From: a bacterium
Lineage (GTDB): Bacteria > Babelota > Babeliae > Babelales > JABDEC01
DNA: 37,334 nucleotides
Assembly: GCA_023250055.1 (NCBI GenBank)
Contig: JAHFBM010000002.1
Location: 1-37,334, forward strand
Reading direction: 5' to 3'
Positions 17,742 to 24,782 of this stretch are shown piece by piece. The position numbers and the translations under genes are program-made. The first letter of the stretch is position 1, and the number at the start of each line of letters is the position of its first letter. Below the pieces are notes generated by a model. That model was not told the origin of the DNA, made no database searches, and worked only from the letters and a program-made list of their open reading frames with translations.

Positions 17742-17908
17742 CGTCATCGCGAGCCCCTTGTGGGCGTGGCGATCCACTTGCGTCATCGCGAGCCCCTTAT
17801 GGGCATGGCGATCCACTTAAAAATTAGCTAGTAGATTGCCACGTCGCCAGAAAAAGACTCCTCGCAATAACATACTGGTTTGTGCAAGTCTTACTGCAAT
17901 TAGCTAAT
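17742..17908 (-). repeat. Composite GC-rich hairpin repeat, copy C (two 39-bp Y units, an X module and a shared 40-bp tail)
   Basis: Y units cgtcatcgcgagccccttgtgggcgtggcgatccacttg (17742-17780) and a near-identical copy (17781-17819). X module gattgccacgtcgccagaaaaagactcctcgcaat (17834-17868). The tail runs to 17908 and abuts the stop codon of the ABC ATPase gene. The reverse complement matches 29446-29611, by eye at roughly 90 percent. Confidence 0.9.
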
Positions 17909-18582
17909 CATAACTGCAAAGTTCCACTTTCTAGATACAAACGCGTATCCATCATCTGACTTAATTGCTGATCATGCGTACTGATAATTAAACCTACCTG
18001 ATATCTATAGTGCAGATCTAAGAGCAACTCTATAATTTTTTGACCAGTTTGAGCATCCAGACTCGCCGTTGGCTCATCTGCCAAAACCATCTTCGGACGC
18101 CCCATTAAAGCCCGTACGATTGCTACTCGCTGCTGCTCACCACGAGATAAATATCCAGGGGCAGAGCTAATTTTGGGGCTTAAACCAACTTGATCTAATA
18201 ACTCAAACGCTTGCGCTTGCACTATCTGACGATCCTGTCCGGCAATTAACCCTTTTAACATGACATTCTCTAAAACCGTTAGCTCTGCAATCAAATTAGC
18301 TTGCTGAAATACTAATCCAACCTGCTGATTCCAAAATTTAGCCCGCTGATTAGAATTTAAGCCACCTAAACCCTGCTCCCCCCAATAAATTTGACCGGCA
18401 TCGGGCAACTCTGTACCAGCCAAAAGGTGAATTAAAGTTGATTTACCAGAGCCAGATCGACCAAGTAGAGCATAGTTATGATTTAAACTAAAACTAATAG
18501 ACACCTGATCCAAAACTTTAAACTCTACTGGTCCTTGCCAAAACGACTTAGAAACCTGCTGTAAGACGATCTGATTTAACAA
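17908..18582 (-). CDS. ABC transporter ATP-binding protein, LolD/MacB/FtsE-like
   Basis: Walker A GRSGSGKST, signature LSRGEQQRVAIVRAL, Walker B MVLADEPT. 224 aa. No cognate permease gene is adjacent. Confidence 0.8.
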   Translation of the reverse strand: MLNQIVLQQVSKSFWQGPVEFKVLDQVSISFSLNHNYALLGRSGSGKSTLIHLLAGTELPDAGQIYWGEQGLGGLNSNQRAKFWNQQVGLVFQQANLIAELTVLENVMLKGLIAGQDRQIVQAQAFELLDQVGLSPKISSAPGYLSRGEQQRVAIVRALMGRPKMVLADEPTASLDAQTGQKIIELLLDLHYRYQVGLIISTHDQQLSQMMDTRLYLESGTLQL

Positions 18583-18592
18583 GTGAATAACT

Positions 18593-19906
18593 CTACTCTT
18601 CCAAAACTTTAGGGTGCTTCCAGGCCAAGTATAATAGACTAAGAAGATTTGGAATTACGACTAATACTAAAAGCAAACTCATAATTTGCCAAACAGCTGG
18701 AGCCGGACTCACAGCGCTTATAAAAGCTACTGCTGCCACAAAAATAAAATAAAACTTAACGCCACGATGATGCGTAAATGAACCAAAGCTTTGGGCACCA
18801 TTGAAGCCATTGCCGATCACAGTTGTCAACGCAAATAAACAAATACTAATTAATAGGACCCATTTGCCAGCTGCTGGAGAATAGTTTTTAAACACTTCAT
18901 AAATTAAGCGACCAGTTATTTCAGATTTACCTTGCCAAACCCCAGTCATCAGGACCAGCATACCAGACATCATACACAATAAGCCATCAGCCAACATAGA
19001 ATACATCGCCAAAATTCCTTGATCTGATGGGCGCTTGGCATCTGACACAGCATGCGGAATCGAGGACGTGCCAACACCAGCCTCAGTAATAAAGGCCGCT
19101 TGATAAGCGCCAGATTTCATAGCTTGGAAAACGCTAGCTCCAGCAAATCCACCAACTGCGGCCGCCGGAGTGAAAATATGCTGTAATACTAAGTTAAATG
19201 CAGCATGCAATGCAGCTAGATTATTAAATAAAATTAAAAGTGAAAAAGTTAAATAAGAAACAAACATGACCGGAACTAACTTACTAGCCAATGCTCCAAT
19301 CCGCTTTGCGCCACCAAAACAAACCGCTACCACCAAGGTTGCTAATATCGCACCGGTAAACCAAGTCGGCACCGACTCTTGCTGTAAGATCTCTGCTAAG
19401 ACACTAGATTGACAACCTGACCAAGATGCAAATAAGAAAATTGTCACAAGCCCATACCAATTTGCAATCCAAGGATGCGCCAAGCGTAAGTACTGGGTTG
19501 GACCACCCGACACAAAACCGTTTACATCTCGCTTACGCGTAAATAGTGCAAAAGTAACCTCAGTATATTTGGTAACCATTGCAAAAAGAATATATGCTAG
19601 CAGCCAAAACATCGCCCCGGGGCCCCCAACAATAATTGCCAAGGACGGGCTAACCACATTACCAATTCCAATAGTTGTAGCCATAGCCATAAAAAGCGCC
19701 TGAATTGGGCTAATAGTCTGCATTGTATAGGTAGCCTGTTTGTCAGTTTGGACCCCCCTGGTAAGCAAACGCATAAACCGTTTGAATGAGCGCAACTGAA
19801 TAAAGCGTAGCTTAACTGTTAAAATCATAGCAACTGCAAAAAATATAATTGTTGCTGGAACTTCGAACCAACCATTTAATTGATTAACTAAAGCTAAAAA
19901 ATCCAT
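18593..19906 (-). CDS. Sodium:alanine (amino acid:cation) symporter family protein (AGCS)
   Basis: N-terminus ...VNQLNGWFEVPATIIFFAVAMILTVKLRFIQLR and GGPGAMFWLLAYILFAMVTKY are typical of the AGCS family. Multi-pass membrane protein, 437 aa. Confidence 0.75.
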   Translation of the reverse strand: MDFLALVNQLNGWFEVPATIIFFAVAMILTVKLRFIQLRSFKRFMRLLTRGVQTDKQATYTMQTISPIQALFMAMATTIGIGNVVSPSLAIIVGGPGAMFWLLAYILFAMVTKYTEVTFALFTRKRDVNGFVSGGPTQYLRLAHPWIANWYGLVTIFLFASWSGCQSSVLAEILQQESVPTWFTGAILATLVVAVCFGGAKRIGALASKLVPVMFVSYLTFSLLILFNNLAALHAAFNLVLQHIFTPAAAVGGFAGASVFQAMKSGAYQAAFITEAGVGTSSIPHAVSDAKRPSDQGILAMYSMLADGLLCMMSGMLVLMTGVWQGKSEITGRLIYEVFKNYSPAAGKWVLLISICLFALTTVIGNGFNGAQSFGSFTHHRGVKFYFIFVAAVAFISAVSPAPAVWQIMSLLLVLVVIPNLLSLLYLAWKHPKVLEE

Positions 19907-19962
19907 CTAAGGCTTTCTTTCTAAATTTTTTAAACCAACTTGTCTGTAAAATCATTTCAAAT

Positions 19963-20565
19963 TTATATGTTTTTAGACAAAAAGGATAGCGCTCGCCGCA
20001 AAGCAATATCAAACGTCTCTTCTGCACCAACAGATTTTTGATTAGCAAACTCAATTGCTGAAGATATCTCAATCTGAGTATAATTTAATGAATTTAGAAC
20101 TGCTCTAATCTGCTGAGAATGGCCAAAGCCCGGTGCTATCACAAAATCTGGCTTGGCAAGTAACTGATCAATTTTATGCTTTAGCTGAACTGCAATTTGT
20201 TCAGCTTTTTTAATACCAATCCCACTAACACTACTTAAAAGCTTCAAATCATGCTGCTGAATCGCCAAAATCAAATTATCTACCCCTAGCTGCTCCAAAA
20301 TAGCCAACCCCATTTTAGGGCCAATTCCCGAACAAGCAATTAAAGTTATAAAGAGTGCCCGCTGTGACAGATCATCAAAACCAAACAAACTGGGGCCCTG
20401 CTCAGAATTCCAATGCATATAAGTATAAATCACCACAATCTGTCCCACTGCCAAGCGTTCCGCCACCGGCACTTGACAGCTAAGCGCAATTCCAATCTGG
20501 CTCAACTGAACTACAACTTTGCCATCACCTGATGCTAACACAATCCCTTTGATTTGATCTAACAC
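19963..20565 (-). CDS. ruvA: Holliday junction branch migration complex subunit RuvA
   Basis: MLDQIKGIV... OB-fold N-terminus, then HhH motifs (LIACSGIGPKMGLAIL; VSGIGIKKAEQIAVQLK). 200 aa. Confidence 0.85.
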   Translation of the reverse strand: MLDQIKGIVLASGDGKVVVQLSQIGIALSCQVPVAERLAVGQIVVIYTYMHWNSEQGPSLFGFDDLSQRALFITLIACSGIGPKMGLAILEQLGVDNLILAIQQHDLKLLSSVSGIGIKKAEQIAVQLKHKIDQLLAKPDFVIAPGFGHSQQIRAVLNSLNYTQIEISSAIEFANQKSVGAEETFDIALRRALSFLSKNI

Positions 20566-20688
20566 AATCTTTCACCCTTTTTATATAAACACAGGTATCA
20601 TTTAGCATCAAAACAGCTCCCTGGTCAATTTATAAAAAATAATTAATTGACAAAAGCCCCATTTTTGAGATGATTTAAACTGAATTAA

Positions 20689-20764
20689 GTAGGAATAGCT
20701 CAGCTGGTAGAGCGTCGCCTTGCCAAGGCGAAGGTCGCGGGTTCGAATCCCGTTTCCTACTCCA
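20689..20764 (+). tRNA. tRNA-Gly (anticodon GCC), CCA encoded
   Basis: Acceptor stem gtaggaa/ttcctac, D arm tagctcagctggtagagc, anticodon stem-loop tcgcc-ttGCCaa-ggcga, T arm gcgggttcgaatcccgt, then discriminator t and cca. Confidence 0.93.
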
Positions 20765-20864
20765 AGTTATCCCCCTTTGAAAACCGATCTATTGTCTGTC
20801 TCTTCTAAATCAGATATTCTTTTATAAGAATGTTAAAAATTTTAAATCAGGTGGTTCTCTATTA

Positions 20865-21437
20865 ATGAAATCGATCATAGTCGAAGCATCATCAATTGCT
20901 AAAGCAGTTGAACAAGGCTGGCAAAAAGCTGGTCAACCGAAGGAATTCTCAATTAAAGTCTTTCAAGAAGCCCAAAAAAATATGTTTGGACTAACCAAAG
21001 AATCTGCTAAAATTGGCTTTTTCTTTGATGATAAATCCATTGGTAGCAAAATTCAAAGTGCTACACCAGTTGAATCTGGCAACCATAACCAACCTACCCC
21101 ACATAAAGCACCAGCTCGTCATAACAGTCCACCGCAGCCACGCATAGCACCACAACCACGCCCTGAGACGCAAGCCACAACTGAAAAAACAGCACAGATC
21201 CGTCAACAAACACCCAAGCCTGCTCAACCAAAACCAAGGGTACAATTAGCTCCAAAATCAGCACCAGCTCATCTTGAATTGGATCAAAGCGCGCCACCCA
21301 TTGCCGAAGCTGCTAATGAGGCTGCAGTTGACTCAATTGTTAACCCAAACCGCAATCGCAATCGTCGCCGACGTAATTACTATCGCAATCGCGCCAAACG
21401 TAACAGTGGTGGCGATGCACCAACAGATGCAAACTGA
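20865..21437 (+). CDS. Jag_N-domain protein (KhpB/Jag-like N-terminus) with a P/Q-rich linker and Arg-rich tail; no KH or R3H domains
   Basis: MKSIIVEASSIAKAVEQGWQKAGQPKEFSIKVFQEAQKNMFGLTKESAKIGFFF fits the Jag N-terminal domain. The conserved position directly upstream of mnmE supports the call. The tail reads NPNRNRNRRRRNYYRNRAKRNSGG. Confidence 0.65.
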   Translation: MKSIIVEASSIAKAVEQGWQKAGQPKEFSIKVFQEAQKNMFGLTKESAKIGFFFDDKSIGSKIQSATPVESGNHNQPTPHKAPARHNSPPQPRIAPQPRPETQATTEKTAQIRQQTPKPAQPKPRVQLAPKSAPAHLELDQSAPPIAEAANEAAVDSIVNPNRNRNRRRRNYYRNRAKRNSGGDAPTDAN

Positions 21438-22791
21438 CGCAACCATTATTGCACAATGTACTCCATCTGGAAGTGGCGCAATTGCTCTTTTACGCCTATC
21501 CGGTGCTGATGCAATTATAATTGTGGATCGATTTAGCAAGCTCACACAGGGGCAGACCCTTAAGGCACAAGCTAGTCACACTGTCCACTATGGTCAAATC
21601 ATTGATCAGGACAAGCAAGTCGTAGATCAGGTTATGTTTATTGTGATGATTGCGCCTAAGACGTTTACGGGAGAGAATGTAGTTGAAATCACTTGCCATA
21701 ACAACCCCTTTATTATTGAGAAAATTATTGGCTTAGCTATCTTTCACGGCGCCAGACTAGCTCATAAAGGCGAATTTGCCCAACGATCATTCTTGAACAA
21801 CAAAATTGACCTAGTTCAAGCTGAAGCAATTAATAGCTTAATCCATGCCCACACTGAACAAGCAATGCAAAAATCTCTGTCGCAACTCAAGGGTAGCTTA
21901 ACCAACTGGTCACAACAGATCGAGCAAAGTCTATATAAATGCTTAGCTCTCTCAGAGGCTAGCTTTGAATTTATAGATGAAGAAATGGATTTTGGTCCCC
22001 AAATTAGAACTGAACTAGAACAAGTTATAACTCAAATCAAGCTTGCTCAACAAAGTTATGGCATTCAGCAACAGATTAAAGATGGCGTGCGTATAGCTAT
22101 TATCGGCACGGTCAATGCTGGCAAATCTGCTCTATTTAATGCCTTGCTTAAGCGTGAGCGGGCAATTGTAACTCCAATTGCTGGTACCACCCGAGATAGC
22201 ATCGAGGCTGGAATCTACACCAATCAACATTATTTAACTTTGGTAGACACAGCGGGGTTGCGACAAACAGATGATTATGTTGAGCAAATTGGGATTGAGC
22301 GTTCCATGGCAGAAGCCCATCAAGCCGACCTAATACTACTGGTATTTGATACCAGTCGAATGGTTACGCCAGCTGAACTAGCAATTTACCAGGAAATTAT
22401 GACCAAATACCAAGATAAAATTATATTGGTAGGCAATAAATGCGATCAAATTATCAAACTAGAACTGCCAGATCAATTTAAAAATTTAAATTTAGTCTCT
22501 GCGCAGGGCCTGAATGGTCTAACTGAACTGGAAGCGCTAGTTTTAGGCCGAATCAAGCAACTACTAGAGACCGACAGTAGTCCTTTTTTACTAAATCAGC
22601 GCCAATTTAATATTTTAAGCACGGTCGCCAGCAACTGCCAACAAATTTTAACTATGATTACCAATCCTGAATATGAGCTAATCTCTCTGCATCTTAATGA
22701 AATCTTGCAAATCCTCTCTGCCCTAACCGGCCAAAGCATCACAGAACAAGGACTAGAAACAATTTTTAGAGAATTTTGCGTCGGCAAGTAA
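21427..22791 (+). CDS. mnmE: tRNA modification GTPase MnmE (TrmE)
   Basis: MQTDATIIAQCTPSGSGAIALLRLSG N-terminus, G-domain GTVNAGKSALFN and DTAGLR, and the C-terminal FCVGK motif. The preferred start is ATG 21427, because the track's 21274 start would add about 50 aa overlapping the Jag_N gene. Confidence 0.9.
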   Translation: MQTDATIIAQCTPSGSGAIALLRLSGADAIIIVDRFSKLTQGQTLKAQASHTVHYGQIIDQDKQVVDQVMFIVMIAPKTFTGENVVEITCHNNPFIIEKIIGLAIFHGARLAHKGEFAQRSFLNNKIDLVQAEAINSLIHAHTEQAMQKSLSQLKGSLTNWSQQIEQSLYKCLALSEASFEFIDEEMDFGPQIRTELEQVITQIKLAQQSYGIQQQIKDGVRIAIIGTVNAGKSALFNALLKRERAIVTPIAGTTRDSIEAGIYTNQHYLTLVDTAGLRQTDDYVEQIGIERSMAEAHQADLILLVFDTSRMVTPAELAIYQEIMTKYQDKIILVGNKCDQIIKLELPDQFKNLNLVSAQGLNGLTELEALVLGRIKQLLETDSSPFLLNQRQFNILSTVASNCQQILTMITNPEYELISLHLNEILQILSALTGQSITEQGLETIFREFCVGK

Positions 22792-22875
22792 TCTTTTTTT
22801 ACCTTTTTCTTTAATTTTCAACTTTAAATTTACTATGATTAATATTGTAGTATTAATTTAAAGGAGGTTGTTTAA

Positions 22876-24750
22876 ATGAAGAAAATTTGGTTAATCTTGA
22901 TAATATCAACGACAACTAGTGCTATTGAGGCTGGAGTAACTGAGGCAGTTTCTGCTTGTTTAAGTAGTATTCTACCCTGCGCACCTACTTTAGACAGTGC
23001 CAATGGAATGGGTTGTACAATTGCACATTTTATTTACAGTGGTAGCAAAGGTCCATTCACTTGCACTGGAACAAGTTGTGATCTCACCGAAATAGACTTT
23101 CATGAAGACTTAGCTCTAATAGCCAAAAGCTTAAGCACTTCAAGTGGGATCGCCAGCTGTCCCGGCGTGACCTTAGCTGATATTATCAATCATCAAGATG
23201 GTGTTGATTTGAGCGGTGCTACTTTAAGTGCTGCAAACCTATCTGGACTAACCTTACCACACCTAAATTTAACTGGTGCTGATTTGTCACCTGTCTTCTA
23301 TGATGGAGAAGACCACGCAACTAATTTATCAGGCTTAAATGCCGCTGGTGCTACATTCCAAGGAACTATTTTCAATGGTGCAAATTTAAGTAACGGTATG
23401 TTCTATGGTTCCAGCATGAAAGAGGCTTCTTTTGGAAACACCAACTTGTCAAATTCCGATCTTGCACATGTCGATCTTGAAGGTGCAGGATTTTATCAAA
23501 CTAATTTAGACAAAGTTAATTTTCAATTTGCGACTCTAACTGGATTAGCTGATACTGTCACATTCGATAATGGTACTACAGTAGCTGCGGGTATTAAAAC
23601 TGCTCTAAATCTTGGCACTGCTGATTACACTGGAGCTATTTTATCTGGCATAGATCTTTCTTCCTCTGGTGTCCCTGGTGATGAACTTCACATACCACTA
23701 CATGCTCCCGGTTCTCACCTGGAAGGTGCAAACTTTAACTACACCGATATGAGTAATAGTGGCTTTTATGGCGCCATTATGACCGGCGCCACAATGCATG
23801 GTACTAATCTTACAGGAGCAAACTTCCAAACCGCCCAACTAGATAGTACTGATTTTAGTGAATCTACTCTAGTAAATACCACATTAGACAACATTATATG
23901 CTATATGGCCAATTTTAGTGGCGCTACTATGACTAACTTCTCTATGACCAGCGCCGATTGCTCAAATCCAACCCCACCTGCACCTGGTTCTAATGCTCCA
24001 TGGGCTGCCAATTCCACCTTTAATGGTGCTACCATAAGCAATGATTCTGTTTCTAAACCAGCCTTTAATGGTACAATGTTGCCTAATGCAGACTTTAGAA
24101 ACAGCAACATAACCAACATTAACTTCACTAACACGAATATTGTCAACAGTCTTTTTAATGGAACCACAATGGATGGAGTAGACTGGTCTAGCACTAATCT
24201 AACCAATGCAATCTTTGGGAACATGAAAGTTGGACATGGTGGGATTATAAATTTTATAAATACAGCTGAACCAACTACCATCTTAGCAGGGTCAACCCTT
24301 ACAGAAGATTCTACCTTAGGACACTGGTTAGGTAATAATTTACAGACTAATATTGTTGGAAACTGGATGGCTACACAGTGTAAAAATGGTATTCAACCAG
24401 TCTGCGCTGCATTTTGCCACATGCCTGATGCCACAAAGATACATCAATATGATGCCAATGGAAACGATGTAACCCTTCTTACATCTTATGAAGCTTGCCA
24501 CCCACTTAAACTATTTAATGTTCCAAACTACTCTGTTAATAAAGTTGCCGCAAATAGCAATAGCAACACCGTCGACTATTGGGGAGTAGGGTATCAACAA
24601 GATCCTAATACTGGAAATAACTTAAGTTATCAAACCTGTGGAGTAGATGCATGCAGCATGTTTGTGTATAAATACAATATGCAAATGAACCAATACAAAA
24701 ATGATCCCATCTTTAATAGTCAAGGCATGATTCCAAGTACATGGAAATAA
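22876..24750 (+). CDS. Secreted pentapeptide-repeat protein with a Cys-rich C-terminal module (paralog 1)
   Basis: SD AAGGAGG at 22861-22867. Signal-like MKKIWLILIISTTTSAIEA. Long runs of A(D/N)LxX pentapeptides (GATLSAANLSGLTLPHLNLTGADLS...). The C-terminus QCKNGIQPVCAAFCHM...ACHP...CSMFVYKYNM is shared with the next gene. Confidence 0.8.
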   Translation: MKKIWLILIISTTTSAIEAGVTEAVSACLSSILPCAPTLDSANGMGCTIAHFIYSGSKGPFTCTGTSCDLTEIDFHEDLALIAKSLSTSSGIASCPGVTLADIINHQDGVDLSGATLSAANLSGLTLPHLNLTGADLSPVFYDGEDHATNLSGLNAAGATFQGTIFNGANLSNGMFYGSSMKEASFGNTNLSNSDLAHVDLEGAGFYQTNLDKVNFQFATLTGLADTVTFDNGTTVAAGIKTALNLGTADYTGAILSGIDLSSSGVPGDELHIPLHAPGSHLEGANFNYTDMSNSGFYGAIMTGATMHGTNLTGANFQTAQLDSTDFSESTLVNTTLDNIICYMANFSGATMTNFSMTSADCSNPTPPAPGSNAPWAANSTFNGATISNDSVSKPAFNGTMLPNADFRNSNITNINFTNTNIVNSLFNGTTMDGVDWSSTNLTNAIFGNMKVGHGGIINFINTAEPTTILAGSTLTEDSTLGHWLGNNLQTNIVGNWMATQCKNGIQPVCAAFCHMPDATKIHQYDANGNDVTLLTSYEACHPLKLFNVPNYSVNKVAANSNSNTVDYWGVGYQQDPNTGNNLSYQTCGVDACSMFVYKYNMQMNQYKNDPIFNSQGMIPSTWK

Positions 24751-24782
24751 AGTAAATTTAATTAAAAAAATGGAGCTAAAAA

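Noticed and set aside
17742-17819. Two 39-bp direct repeats that could look like a mini CRISPR array (also present at 29534-29611).
   Set aside because: There are only two units, they abut directly with no spacer, and each is an imperfect palindrome belonging to the dispersed hairpin family. No cas genes are in the window.
20647-20680. TTGACA at 20647-20652 as a -35 element for the tRNA-Gly gene.
   Set aside because: No convincing -10 hexamer lies at 16-18 nt spacing (atgatt and tgattt are poor; tttaaa is 21 nt away). I left it unannotated.
20991-21297. Antisense ORFs (20991-21245, 21094-21297) opposite the P/Q-rich part of the Jag_N gene.
   Set aside because: The low-complexity CAR/CCN-rich coding region leaves the opposite strand open. 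Their W/C/L-rich translations look non-biological.
21274-21426. The N-terminal ~50-aa extension of mnmE in the ORF track.
   Set aside because: It overlaps the 3' end of the Jag_N gene in another frame, and its sequence is unlike MnmE. The canonical MnmE N-terminus begins at ATG 21427.
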